A DNA stretch of 64,000 nt, from the NCBI GenBank assembly GCA_963716725.1, contig CAVQUB010000032.1, positions 192,001-256,000 on the forward strand, in the 5' to 3' direction. The notes under the pieces were generated by a model. The model did not search any database and was not told the origin of the DNA. It saw only the letters and a list, made by a program, of their open reading frames with translations. This document shows positions 1 through 10,097 of this stretch, one piece after another. Made by a program: the position numbers and the translations under genes. The DNA comes from an uncultured delta proteobacterium. GTDB lineage: Bacteria; Myxococcota_A; Polyangia; Polyangiales; Polyangiaceae. Every line of letters begins with the position of its first letter. Position 1 is the first letter of the stretch.

Positions 1-2
1 GT

Positions 3-824
3 GTCGCGAGCCCCAGCACCGAGACCGAGTCGGGGCGCGCCATCTTGGCGGCGGATCCCAACAGCCCGGGCAGCCTCGGCATCGCCATCAGCGAGGCGGT
101 GGAGGTCGCTGCGAAGAACGACGATACGAAGTACGCCCTCGGCAGCGTGCTCAACCACGTGCTCTTGCACCAGACCGTCATCGGTCTCGAGGCGCTGAAG
201 CAGATGGAGGTCGCCGGGGACTACCCGGACATCGTGATCGGCTGTGCCGGTGGCGGCTCGAACTTCGCGGGCCTGGTGTTTCCCTTCATCGGTGAGCAGC
301 TCCGCGGCGGCAAGAAGGTCCGGGCCATCGCCAGCGAGCCCTCCGCGTGCCCCACGCTCACTCGGGGCAAGTTCGCCTACGATTTCGGCGACACCGGTCA
401 CCTGACGCCGCTGGTCAAGATGCACACCCTCGGCTCCACCTTCGTCCCGCCGGCGTTCCATGCAGGCGGCCTGCGCTATCACGGGATGGCGCCCTTGGTC
501 AGCCACCTGAAAGACCTCGGTTTGATCGAGGCCAAGGCGTACCACCAGCGGCCGTGCTTCGAGGCGGCGATCCAGTTCGCCAAGGCCGAAGGCATCATCC
601 CAGCGCCCGAGTCGAGCCACGCGGTGCGCGCCGCCATCGACGAGGCGCTGCGCTGCAAGGAAGAGGGCGTGTCCCGCGTGATCCTGTTCAACCTGTCGGG
701 ACACGGCCACTTCGACATGGGCGCGTACACGGAGTTCTTGAGCGGGAACCTCGAAGATCGCGACTACGACGAGAAGGCGCTGACCGCCGCGCTGGCCGCG
801 CTGCCGGCGGTCGCAGCGGGCTGA
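3..824 (+). CDS. trpB2: TrpB2-type tryptophan synthase beta chain (PLP enzyme), 5'-truncated by window edge
   Basis: Motifs [54 protein letters not shown] typical of TrpB2; frame open from window start. Confidence 0.92.
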   Translation, partial: VASPSTETESGRAILAADPNSPGSLGIAISEAVEVAAKNDDTKYALGSVLNHVLLHQTVIGLEALKQMEVAGDYPDIVIGCAGGGSNFAGLVFPFIGEQLRGGKKVRAIASEPSACPTLTRGKFAYDFGDTGHLTPLVKMHTLGSTFVPPAFHAGGLRYHGMAPLVSHLKDLGLIEAKAYHQRPCFEAAIQFAKAEGIIPAPESSHAVRAAIDEALRCKEEGVSRVILFNLSGHGHFDMGAYTEFLSGNLEDRDYDEKALTAALAALPAVAAG

Positions 825-909
825 CGGCTGACCCGGTGTCGGGGCCCGATCGCGTTGGCGCGTGGGGCCCCGGCTTCGCCAAGTTCCGAGGGCGTGCGCT
901 GGTTGCCCG

Positions 910-1791
910 TCAGTCGCTCGACTCGCCAGCGCGCTGGCCCAGGAGGACCTTGCGCGGGCCGTCTTTGATCACGTCGGCCAGGAGCTCACGCTGCGCCGGG
1001 GTGAACACTCCGAGCACCGTCTCGGTGCGGCGACTCGCGCGGGCGACGTGCTTGCGCAGCACGCCGGCCTTCTTTTCTTGAAAGGAGGTCAACGCCGTTT
1101 CGAAGTCGTCGGTTTCGAAGGCGCTCACGAGCGCGAGCAGCTGTTCGCGGCTGGGTCGTAGGCGCTCCTTGTCGTCGAGCAGCTCCTTCTTGATGGCCTT
1201 CAGCTGATCGATCTGCAGCGTCGAGAGCATCAGGTGAGAGGCGAGACGGTTGAAGCCGTGGCGCTGGCGCTGCTCGGCCCGCGCGCGGAACTTCTCGTCG
1301 ATCCGCCGCCGGAGCTCGACCGCCACCGCGGCACGCTGTTCGGGCTCGAGAACGGCGTGCACTTCGCCGAGGGCGTCCGCGCCTCGCCGCATGCGGCCTT
1401 CGATGCTGCTCGCCGCCTGACTGACCGCTCGATCGACCTCGGTGGGGTCGGCGCGGCCGGCCCGCACGACGGCGATGGCGGTGCTGCGGAGCTCCTCCCG
1501 GACCTGCCGGTGGCTTCCGGAGTCCGCCGCCAGATCCTCCGAGATCACCCCCAGGGTTTGCTCTTGGGCGGCGCTCAGGTTCCCGTGGGTTCGCGCGACG
1601 TCAATCACCACGCCCACGGGTCCCAGCGGCTGTCGGTGGCCTTGGGAGACCAGCTCCGACTCGGATTGCTCGTCGTTCGGGGCTTCCTCACGAACTGTCG
1701 CGGCGCAGGCCGCGGCCCCGAGGACGGCGACGGTTCCCACCACGGCCGCCAGTCGGCGGAGCCGGGTTCGTTCCTGGGCTTGGTTCTTCAT
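910..1791 (-). CDS. Putative lipoprotein with tandem Spy/CpxP-like (LTxxQ) helical domains
   Basis: Lipobox-like GAAAC; four LTxxQ-like motifs (LSAAQ, LEPEQR, LSTLQ, FTPAQR). Confidence 0.6.
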   Translation of the reverse strand: MKNQAQERTRLRRLAAVVGTVAVLGAAACAATVREEAPNDEQSESELVSQGHRQPLGPVGVVIDVARTHGNLSAAQEQTLGVISEDLAADSGSHRQVREELRSTAIAVVRAGRADPTEVDRAVSQAASSIEGRMRRGADALGEVHAVLEPEQRAAVAVELRRRIDEKFRARAEQRQRHGFNRLASHLMLSTLQIDQLKAIKKELLDDKERLRPSREQLLALVSAFETDDFETALTSFQEKKAGVLRKHVARASRRTETVLGVFTPAQRELLADVIKDGPRKVLLGQRAGESSD

Positions 1792-1862
1792 GGCATCCAG
1801 TCTAGGGCGTCAAGGCCAAAGCGCACGCCCCCGGGCGCATTCGACACAATTCTTCACACATC

Positions 1863-2750
1863 ATGAACCACGCCCAGAGCCTCCGCCTCGTCGCCACCTT
1901 CGACCTGCTCGAGTCGCTCAGGTCGCGTAAAGCCATGGTGCTCCTGCTGCTCTATTCCATGGGGGCGCTTGGCGCGTCCGGCATCTTCATTCGGATCTTG
2001 GTCGCCATCCGGGAGCGTCTCGAAGAGGAACTCGGACAAGCGGTGGACATGAAGCAGCTGATGGAGAGCCCGGCCATGGCTCGAATCGTGGGCGGGCTCA
2101 CTGGCGACTCTGACGTTGCGAACGCCATCGTCGCCATTCCGCCCATGGCCCTCTTCTACGGTTGGATCGCCATGAACTTCGTCCCGCTGCTGGTGCTGTT
2201 CACGTCTTCGGACGCCATCTCCGGAGACCTGAGCAGCGGTGCCGTCCGCTATTCGCTCTTCCGCACCGATCGTCTCAGCTGGGCGCTGGGCAAGCTGGTG
2301 GGGCAGACCGCGCTGATGGCCCTCGGGGTGCTGGTGGGCGCGGTCGTGTGTTGGGGCACGGGCATGATCTGGCTCGATAAGATGCCCGCGGGTGCGACGG
2401 CGTACTGGCTCTTGCGGATCTCTGGCCGAGCCATTGTCTACAGCTTCGCGTATCTCGGAATGGCGATGTGCGCCTCGCAGCTCACGCGCACCCGCGCTCG
2501 GGCCGGCGCCCTGGCCCTCGTCATCATGTTCTTGGCGTCGGTCGGCGGCAGCGTCGTGCAGTTCAAGCCGATCGTGGAGCAGGCGCCTGCGGTCTTCCCG
2601 GTAGTCGCCAAGCTGTTCCCGAGCGGGCACCACCTGGGGATTTGGCATCCCGGTATCGCCCAGAGCGTGACGGCGATGTTGGGTCTGGTCGTCATCGGTC
2701 TCGCCTTCTTTGCGCTGGGCTACTGGCGCTTCTCGAGGAGGGACGCATGA
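1863..2750 (+). CDS. ABC-2 type transporter permease
   Basis: Multi-TM protein with SDAISGDLSSGAVRYSL motif; ATGA overlap with downstream ATPase. Confidence 0.85.
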   Translation: MNHAQSLRLVATFDLLESLRSRKAMVLLLLYSMGALGASGIFIRILVAIRERLEEELGQAVDMKQLMESPAMARIVGGLTGDSDVANAIVAIPPMALFYGWIAMNFVPLLVLFTSSDAISGDLSSGAVRYSLFRTDRLSWALGKLVGQTALMALGVLVGAVVCWGTGMIWLDKMPAGATAYWLLRISGRAIVYSFAYLGMAMCASQLTRTRARAGALALVIMFLASVGGSVVQFKPIVEQAPAVFPVVAKLFPSGHHLGIWHPGIAQSVTAMLGLVVIGLAFFALGYWRFSRRDA

Positions 2751-3670
2751 CCGCCGCGTTGAAAATCCGGGGGCTTCGGAAAAGCTACGGTCGCACCGTG
2801 GCGCTCGACGGTCTCGACGTGACCGTGCCCAAAGGCGTGATCTGTGGCTTTGTCGGCCCCAACGGAGCCGGCAAGACGACGACCTTCGGCGTCGTCGGCG
2901 GTCTCATCCGTCCCGACGCCGGCGAGGTCGACATCTTGGGCAAGGGCCCGCTCGCGCCCCGGCAGAACCCCGGGCTCTTCACCATGTTGCCGCAGGACTG
3001 CGAGCTCAGCCCCCATGTCTCGCTGCGCCAGCTCCTGATGCACTACGGCCGCCTCCAAGGCCTGACCCTCGCCGAGGCCGAGCGAGAGGTCGCCGCGCGG
3101 CTGGACGAGGTGGCGCTCACCGATCGCGCTGAGGCACGCATCAAGACGCTGTCGCACGGCATGCGCCGGCGCGTGGCCATCGCCCAGGCCCTGCTCGGCT
3201 CGCCGCGCCTGGTCTTGCTCGACGAACCCACCAGTGGCCTGGATCCGGAGTTGGTGTTGCGCATGCGCGATGTCTTTGCTTCGCATCGTGGCAAACGCAC
3301 CCTGGTCGTGAGTTCCCACAACCTCCTCGAGCTCGAGGCGCTGTGCGATCACGTCATCTTCATTCACGGTGGGCGCTGCACGCGCAGCGGTTCGATGGCT
3401 GAAGTGACGGAACAAGGTTTGATCATGCGCTACGCGGTCGAGAGAAGCGTAGACGTCGCGCAACTCGAGCAGGCCCAGGCTGGCCTCGAAATGGCCTGGG
3501 AAGGTTCGACCCTCATCGTTCGCGGCTCCGGGAGCTGGACCGCCCCTACCATCAACGCGGCCGTGGTGCCCTTCTTGCTCCACCTCGAAGCGGGGCTGCT
3601 CGAGATCCGCCGCGGCAAGTCCCTCGAGGACGCCTACCGGCAGATCCACGGCGAAGCCGGCGGCTCCTGA
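2747..3670 (+). CDS. ABC transporter ATP-binding protein
   Basis: Walker A GPNGAGKTT, signature LSHGM, Walker B LVLLDEP, SSH switch; ATG at 2747 overlaps permease stop. Confidence 0.93.
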   Translation: MTAALKIRGLRKSYGRTVALDGLDVTVPKGVICGFVGPNGAGKTTTFGVVGGLIRPDAGEVDILGKGPLAPRQNPGLFTMLPQDCELSPHVSLRQLLMHYGRLQGLTLAEAEREVAARLDEVALTDRAEARIKTLSHGMRRRVAIAQALLGSPRLVLLDEPTSGLDPELVLRMRDVFASHRGKRTLVVSSHNLLELEALCDHVIFIHGGRCTRSGSMAEVTEQGLIMRYAVERSVDVAQLEQAQAGLEMAWEGSTLIVRGSGSWTAPTINAAVVPFLLHLEAGLLEIRRGKSLEDAYRQIHGEAGGS

Positions 3671-3715
3671 GCACGGCCTTGTTGCCGTGTCGTTCCGGGA
3701 CCATGTAGACGGCCG

Positions 3716-4960
3716 ATGGCCAACCCCGCCCCCGCCGACTCGAGCGGCACGACTGCGGTGAGCGCCATCTCCGAGCGCAAGCTCTTGGTCGTGCTGGCGC
3801 TCGTTCAGTTCGTGAACGTGCTCGACTTCATGATGGTCATGCCGCTCGGTCCGGACTTCGTCGAAGGTCTGGGCATTTCGAGTTCACGGCTCGGCTGGAT
3901 AGCCGGGAGCTACACCGCGTCGGCAGCCGCCTCGGGCTTGGTCGGTATGCTCTTTCTCGACCGCTTCGACAGGCGCCAGGCCCTGGTGGTCGCCCTGGCG
4001 GGGCTCTCGCTCGGGACCATCGCGGGCGGATTTGCCACCGGGCTCGGCTCGTTGATGCTCGCGCGAGTGCTGGCGGGTGCCTTCGGTGGACCGGCGACCG
4101 CGCTCGGCCTCGCGATCATCGCGGACGCCATCGAGCCCAAGCGGCGCGGTCGGGCCCTCGGTGCGGTGATGGGCGCGTTCTCGGTCGCCTCGGTGCTGGG
4201 GGTGCCGGCGGGGCTCGAGCTGGCGCGGATCGGCGGCTGGCGCATGCCCTTCTTCGCGGTCGGTGGCGTGTGCGCGGTGGTCGCCGTGGCCACTGCACGA
4301 TCGCTGCCACGACTGACCCTCCACTTGGCGGCCGCCAAGAGCGACCCGCCGGTCGGTGCCTGGCAGGTCATTCGGCGTCCCGTCGTGTTGATCGCGATGG
4401 CTGCGAGCGGCGTCACCATGCTCAGCGTCTTCTTGATCGTGCCCAACATCACCAGCTACCTGCAGTTCAACCTCGATTTTCCCCGGACTCAGCTCGGCCT
4501 GCTCTACTTGGTCGGCGGGGCTTTCAGCTTCTTCACGATGCGGGTATCGGGTCGCGTCGCCGACCGCTACGGCGCCGGGGTCGTGGTCACCATTGGCACG
4601 GCGTTGTTCATCGGAGCGACGGTGGCCGGCTTCGTGTTCGACCACGCGCTGTTGCCCATCATGGCTGTGTTTGTGGTCTTCATGGTCTCGGGCAGCTTCC
4701 GCATGGTGCCGATGAACGCCCTGGCCACGCGGGTGCCGCGGCCGACCGAGCGTGCGCGCTACATGAGCATCCAATCGACGGTTCAACACGTCGGTGCAGC
4801 CCTGGGAGCTTCGGGGGCAGCCTTCATCTTGGTCGAAGAACCCGGCGGGCGACTGCTTCACATGCGGGAAGTGGCGCTGGTGTCCATCGCACTGGCGATG
4901 CTCCTTCCGGTTCTGATTTTCGGCGTGGAGTCTCGGGTTCGTGCGGCCGAGGGTCCGTGA
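3716..4960 (+). CDS. MFS transporter (DHA1/AraJ-like)
   Basis: About 12 hydrophobic segments; MFS motif A variants LDRFDRR and ADRYG. Confidence 0.9.
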   Translation: MANPAPADSSGTTAVSAISERKLLVVLALVQFVNVLDFMMVMPLGPDFVEGLGISSSRLGWIAGSYTASAAASGLVGMLFLDRFDRRQALVVALAGLSLGTIAGGFATGLGSLMLARVLAGAFGGPATALGLAIIADAIEPKRRGRALGAVMGAFSVASVLGVPAGLELARIGGWRMPFFAVGGVCAVVAVATARSLPRLTLHLAAAKSDPPVGAWQVIRRPVVLIAMAASGVTMLSVFLIVPNITSYLQFNLDFPRTQLGLLYLVGGAFSFFTMRVSGRVADRYGAGVVVTIGTALFIGATVAGFVFDHALLPIMAVFVVFMVSGSFRMVPMNALATRVPRPTERARYMSIQSTVQHVGAALGASGAAFILVEEPGGRLLHMREVALVSIALAMLLPVLIFGVESRVRAAEGP

Positions 4961-4985
4961 GCGAGGCTTCTGCTAGCCTGGAGCA

Positions 4986-5626
4986 ATGCGTCTGGTTGCG
5001 GTTTTTGCCTCGGGGTTACTGGCCATGGCCGCGGGCTGCGACGACGGCGGCGGCGACTCCGGCACCGACGGCGTTGGCGGGAGCAGCGGCGGTTCCGGTG
5101 GCAGCGGAGGCAAACCGGTCGGGCCCGTGCCGCTGGATCCGACCGCGTTCACCTACGCGCTCGAAGAGGGCACGTCAGCGTTGCCGACCTGAAGGTCGGC
5201 TGGGACGCCTACGACGCGAAGAAGGGCTACGGATGGAGCGGGGAGAACATCGGCAAGGCGTCGATTGCGCTCTTTGGCTACGACGACGTCGGAGGTTTTT
5301 CCGAGGTGCAGCGGAGCTACGTCTACGACGACTATGGCCGACCGAACCTCTTCGAGTTCGCCCTCGATCCAGGCAAGTACAAAGTCACGGTCGGGGTCGG
5401 CCGGCCCGCAAAGGGCTACCCGAACGACCCGCACAACGTGAGCATCGAGGGCGTCAAGATCGTCGATGACCAAGTGACCACCAGCGGCGCACCGCTGATC
5501 ACCAAGACCACCAACGTGGACGTGACTGACGGGAGTCTGTCGCTGGTTGTCGGCGGAAAATCGGCCACCACCGGCGATTTTGCCTACACCTTCTTCGCGT
5601 ATCTGGAGATCGAGCCGGCGAGCTGA
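4986..5626 (+). CDS. Lipoprotein with beta-sandwich (carbohydrate-binding-like) domain; one frameshift near 5165-5190
   Basis: Lipobox AAGC and Gly linker in ORF 4986-5192; coding-like sequence (VSVADLKVGWDAYDAKKGYGW...) continues in the frame of ORF 5306-5626. Confidence 0.65.
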
Positions 5627-5630
5627 GGGA

Positions 5631-7256
5631 TCAGGGCGTGAGCACGCGTTCGCCGAGCACTCTCGAGTTGCCGTCGGTGTCGACGGCGACCACGCGCAGC
5701 AGATGCGGGCAACTCGATAGTCCGCTCACCGGGACCTTGCCCGCATAGCCGACGGCCGGACAGCCGCTATACATGGGGTAGACGGCGCACACGTCGGGGC
5801 GGGGGACGTTCACGGGGAAGCTAGCGACCTCTTGGCCGTCAATCTGCGCTTTGACGCTCACGACGTGCTGCGTGTCGAGCGCCCAACCGGAGACGTCGAG
5901 GGTCGAGCTCGTGCCGAGCTTCACATCCGTCGCCGGTGCGTCGATGACCCCGAAAGGAGCGCGCTTCTTCAAGACGCCCTCGAGCTCGGACTTCACGGCC
6001 GCGAAGCCACCGAGCGCCAGATACGATAGTCCGCGCACCGTGCCACCGGCAGGTAGCCCGAAGGTCATCTGGGCTCGCACGTTGTGGAAGTAGGGCGCGC
6101 TGGGCGGACCACCGCGCCAACCTTGGAAGTTCTTGACGCCCTGATCCATCGCGATGCCCACCCCGTAGTTCTTCGCCGAGTCTTGCCAGCTGACCCAAGG
6201 CGCGGGTGAGCTGAAGTTGTCGTAGAAGAATCCATCGTTGGCTGGCGTCGAAAGGGTGACGGTCTTCCCCGACGAGTCCAGGAGCAGCGGCAGGTCGGGT
6301 CCGCCCTTCCCGTTGGAGACGTAGAGGGTCGGCAGCTCCTGTCCCGTCGCCGGATGGGAGAACGACTCCTGGCTCTTGACCTCGTGTTCGACTTCGACCA
6401 CGTGCTCCGTGACGAAGCGGAAGCGGCTCTTGTAGACAACTTGCACCGGGACGCCCGGCCCGTTGCAGGAGCTCTTCTTGCAATCTTTGGCGTCCCAATC
6501 GGGATTCCACTGCAGCGGTTGGATCACCACTTCGAGGGCGTCAGCCGACTGCCCCTGCGAGATCAGCTTCGCCCCCCGGTTGCACTCGTCGCCTCCCTGC
6601 ACCGGGTTCCAGCCCAAGAAGGTGATCGAGTTGCCGCAGGACGTCGTCGACGAGAGGCACGAGGCGTTCCAAGCGCAGGGCTGACGGGATCGGCTCGGAT
6701 CGTAGATGGCGACTTGCAGCTCGCGGCCCGTGTCATTGGCATCGATGACATTGGAGCCCGGATTGGAGCTGAGCCCGAAGAAGACCACGGTTCCGCCCCA
6801 GTTCAGCCGCGCGCCGATGCGCGTGAGGTTCGTGGGGCTCTTGAGGAAGACGTCGGTGTGCCCTCCAGTGGTCTTGGTCTCGATGCCCCCGAAGCCCGCG
6901 CTCGGCAGGCGCATCGCCCAGGGATCGACGTGGGGCGCAGCGACGATGTTGGGACAGGCGTCACTCCCACCGCTGCCGGCGCTCGCGTCCGAGGCGCCGC
7001 CGCTGCCGCTGGTGCCTCCCGACGCACCGCCGCTGCCGCTGGTGCCTCCAGAGGCGCCACCGCTGCCACCGGTCGCGCCACCGCTGCCGCCGCTGGGCGA
7101 CCCCGCGCCGCCGCCGGCGTTGCCCGCTCCGCCTGGGCTCGAACCACCGCTGGTCGAACCGCCGGAACTGCTCTTGGGATCCCCGGGACTCGATGTGTCG
7201 TCACAGCTGGCCAGCGCGACGATTGCCGCGCCGGTGATGATGGCGAAAGACCTCAT
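5631..7256 (-). CDS. Secreted lipoprotein, Gly/Ser linker, beta-rich core and C-terminal Ig-like domain
   Basis: Lipobox LASC; GGSGG repeats; C-terminal PFGVIDAP...VSGWALD...RPDVC motif typical of bacterial Ig-like modules. Confidence 0.7.
   Translation of the reverse strand: MRSFAIITGAAIVALASCDDTSSPGDPKSSSGGSTSGGSSPGGAGNAGGGAGSPSGGSGGATGGSGGASGGTSGSGGASGGTSGSGGASDASAGSGGSDACPNIVAAPHVDPWAMRLPSAGFGGIETKTTGGHTDVFLKSPTNLTRIGARLNWGGTVVFFGLSSNPGSNVIDANDTGRELQVAIYDPSRSRQPCAWNASCLSSTTSCGNSITFLGWNPVQGGDECNRGAKLISQGQSADALEVVIQPLQWNPDWDAKDCKKSSCNGPGVPVQVVYKSRFRFVTEHVVEVEHEVKSQESFSHPATGQELPTLYVSNGKGGPDLPLLLDSSGKTVTLSTPANDGFFYDNFSSPAPWVSWQDSAKNYGVGIAMDQGVKNFQGWRGGPPSAPYFHNVRAQMTFGLPAGGTVRGLSYLALGGFAAVKSELEGVLKKRAPFGVIDAPATDVKLGTSSTLDVSGWALDTQHVVSVKAQIDGQEVASFPVNVPRPDVCAVYPMYSGCPAVGYAGKVPVSGLSSCPHLLRVVAVDTDGNSRVLGERVLTP
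6965..7165 (-). repeat. Imperfect tandem repeats encoding a Gly/Ser linker (GGASGGTSGS)
   Basis: cgctgccgctggtgcctcc at 7001 and 7031 (30-bp period). Confidence 0.7.
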
Positions 7257-7470
7257 AGAGCGAGTGTACGCCAGGGCTCCACCGCCGGCGATCGTGGAGA
7301 GAGACGGCGCGTATCGGCGGAGTTCGAGCGCCCGGATCTGCTGGGGAGGTCTCGGGGTGTCGCCTCCTGGGCTGGGGTTGGACTTACTGAAGCGTGGCGC
7401 CGTCGCCGCCCGGGTTCTCGAAGACTGGTCCGCTTTGGCCCCCTAGGGGGACAATCGCGAGACGCGCATC

Positions 7471-8808
7471 GTGCATCGCCCTTTCTCCAAGCGTCGTCGT
7501 CGGCTTCCACTCCGGCAGTTGCTGCTGCTGGGCAGCGCCGCGTCTTTGGTGTGGGCCGGCTGCCGGGTGCGGCGGGACGCGCCGGAAGGCCCTGCTGCGG
7601 GCTTGATCGTGGCGCCCGTCGCCAGCTTCCTTCAGCGCGAGCAGATCGCCGTTCGGGACGCGGGGCCCGACGGTGACCCCCTGGTCGACGCCGGTGATCC
7701 GCCGGAAGGCTCGTTCGTATTGGTCTTCGGCGGTCTCGACTCGGCACCGGAGCGTCCCCAGTCGGAGCACAGGGCAGTGCGTATCGCGCTGGCGGCGCTC
7801 GCGCAGGGGAAATCGCCGGTGGACGCGGCCGTGGAAGGCGTCGCAGTGCTCGAGGACGATCCGGAGCGGAACGCGGGCTTGGGCTCGTCGATCCGCATCG
7901 ATGGCGTGACGGTTCAGATGGACGCGGCCGTGATGACCGAGGACGGGCGCTTTGGTGCCGTCGCGGCTTTGTCTCGAGTTCGAAACCCGGTGCGAGTGGC
8001 CCGCGGCGTATTCGACACCGATCAGCGAGTGCTCACGGGGCTCGGCGCGCAGCAGTTTGCTCGTGGACTCGGGTACGCGGACTTCGATCCGGTCACGGCC
8101 CAAGCAAAGTCGACCTACCAGGCACTGCTCGCGGCCGAGCTGGCGAGGGACGCGGGCTCGTCGTCGCTCTTGCCCAAGGGCTGGCAGATGTGGGTCGATG
8201 CATCTGCCTGGCTCGCGGACGGTGGGGCGGAGGTCGCCGAAGCGGACGCCGCGGCGGACGCCGCGCTCGCGGTGGATGACCCAGCGGATGCAGCGCCGGA
8301 GGCGGCGGCAACCCCGCCCCCAGCGCCGCCCAAACCGCCGCCCAAGATGCCGGGACCGAAGGCGCCTGCTTTCGCAGGCGATGCCTCGGTGCCCTCGGCG
8401 CCCGGGGGACACGACACGGTGGCCGCGCTGGTCCGGTCCGCCGCGGGCGGATTCGCGGGTGCCGTCAGCTCCGGCGGGCCGCCGCTGACCCTGCCCGGAC
8501 GGGTCGGGGATGTGCCGACGCCTGGGGCCGCCCTCTGGGTCGGCAAGCGAGGCGCCGTCGCGATCACGGGACCGGGCGAGCGCATCGTGGATCTCGGTCT
8601 CGCCCGCGCCGTGTACGAGAGGCTCGTGGCGCTGCGCTCGACGAAGCTAGCGGCGGCGTGGGGCGCCAAGCAGTTGCCGGCAGGAGCAGCCGTTTCCGTC
8701 GCGGTCGTCGACGGTCGAAGCTTCGCGGTGGAACCCGCCGATGCCATGGCCTGGGTGGGCTCGGAAGGCGACAAGACTTCCGAGAGCGCGACGGAGCGCA
8801 AGCCGTGA
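7471..8808 (+). CDS. Isoaspartyl peptidase/L-asparaginase (Ntn hydrolase, plant-type) with lipoprotein-like signal
   Basis: LEDDPERNAGLGS, QMDAAVM, VRNPVRVAR, nucleophile HDTV, PGRVGD; N-terminal KRRRR...LVWAGC. Confidence 0.85.
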   Translation: MHRPFSKRRRRLPLRQLLLLGSAASLVWAGCRVRRDAPEGPAAGLIVAPVASFLQREQIAVRDAGPDGDPLVDAGDPPEGSFVLVFGGLDSAPERPQSEHRAVRIALAALAQGKSPVDAAVEGVAVLEDDPERNAGLGSSIRIDGVTVQMDAAVMTEDGRFGAVAALSRVRNPVRVARGVFDTDQRVLTGLGAQQFARGLGYADFDPVTAQAKSTYQALLAAELARDAGSSSLLPKGWQMWVDASAWLADGGAEVAEADAAADAALAVDDPADAAPEAAATPPPAPPKPPPKMPGPKAPAFAGDASVPSAPGGHDTVAALVRSAAGGFAGAVSSGGPPLTLPGRVGDVPTPGAALWVGKRGAVAITGPGERIVDLGLARAVYERLVALRSTKLAAAWGAKQLPAGAAVSVAVVDGRSFAVEPADAMAWVGSEGDKTSESATERKP

Positions 8809-10097
8809 ACCTCACCGTCGTGCTCGTGCTGGTGGTGATCTTCAGCTTCGGCATCGGTCATCTGCTGACCCGCTACGCGTCGCGCTTCGTCACGCTGAGC
8901 GGCGCGGAGTACATCCTGGTGGGCGTGCTGATCGGGCCTCACTTCCCCTGGAAGCTCGTGAGCGAGCAAGCCCTCGTCCAGCTCTCGCCGCTGATCTCGC
9001 TCCTGCTCGGTCTGGTTGGATTCGTCATCGGGTTGCGCGGTCGGAGCGGTCCTCGTCGTTTGGACGTGACCCTGGTCGGCTGGGTGTCCGCGCTCCTGGT
9101 GTTGATGACGGTTGCGGCGGCGGTGATCCCTGTTCTGCGTTGGCTCGTGCCGGTGAATGAGGTCGACGCCGACTTCGTCGTCAACCAGTTGGTGTATCGC
9201 GGGTTTGGCTACCTGATCGAGGTCCACTTTGCGAGCACGCACCTGTGGGTAGCGCTCGGCATTGGCGCCTCCGCCGCGGTTGCCTCGCCGCTGCTGCTCG
9301 AGTCGATGACCCGGCTCACCGGGTCGAAGGGCCGCGTCAGCATGATGCTGGAGTCGACCGCTGCGGCCAGCCAGGTGGTGGCCGTGCTGGTCCTGGGTGG
9401 CGTGCTCGCCACCGCTCGCGCCACCGAGGCGGCGGGGCGCTTCTCGATGACGGTTGCCGAGTGGGAACTCGCGGCGATTGGCGTTGGCGTGGTCAGCGGA
9501 CTCCTATTCGGGCTCTTCATCGGAAAAGAGAGCGAGCCCTCTCGCATATTCCTGGCCACCGTCGGGCTGGTGACATTTGCTTCGGGAGTCGGGGCGGCAC
9601 TGAGCATCTCGCCGCTCTTCGTCACCATGCTCGCGGCGGTCACCGTGAGCGTGACGTCCAGCCACGCCGAGCGCGTCCGGGTGCACGTCGGGCGCTTGCA
9701 GCACGCGCTCTTCGTACTGCTGATGATCTTCGCTGGTGCACTGTGGAACCCCGTGAGCGGATGGGCGTGGCTTCTGCCCGTCTTCTACGTGCTCGTCCGT
9801 TTCGCGGCGAGGCGGGTCGGGACGGCACTGTGCGCCAAGCTCATCCTCGATCCGCCCTTGCTCGCCCGTCGCCTGGGCAACGGGCTCCTGTCGCAGGGAA
9901 CCTTGGCCGTGGCCGTCGGCGTGAACTTCGCGCAGAGATTCCCCGAGTTCGCCTCGTTGATCCTGACCACGGTGTTGATTGGGACGCTGCTCAGTGACCT
10001 GTTCAGCACTCGCATGCTGCGCTCGCTGCTCGCGGACGCTGGGGAGCTCGGGGACGAGCTCGAGGGCGAAACCACAAGAGCGGAGGCCTCCACATGA
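8805..10097 (+). CDS. Cation:proton antiporter (CPA/Kef-like membrane domain)
   Basis: YILVGVLIGP TM motif, about 12 TM segments, LLSQGTLAVAV; GTGA overlap with upstream stop. Confidence 0.75.
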   Translation: MNLTVVLVLVVIFSFGIGHLLTRYASRFVTLSGAEYILVGVLIGPHFPWKLVSEQALVQLSPLISLLLGLVGFVIGLRGRSGPRRLDVTLVGWVSALLVLMTVAAAVIPVLRWLVPVNEVDADFVVNQLVYRGFGYLIEVHFASTHLWVALGIGASAAVASPLLLESMTRLTGSKGRVSMMLESTAAASQVVAVLVLGGVLATARATEAAGRFSMTVAEWELAAIGVGVVSGLLFGLFIGKESEPSRIFLATVGLVTFASGVGAALSISPLFVTMLAAVTVSVTSSHAERVRVHVGRLQHALFVLLMIFAGALWNPVSGWAWLLPVFYVLVRFAARRVGTALCAKLILDPPLLARRLGNGLLSQGTLAVAVGVNFAQRFPEFASLILTTVLIGTLLSDLFSTRMLRSLLADAGELGDELEGETTRAEAST

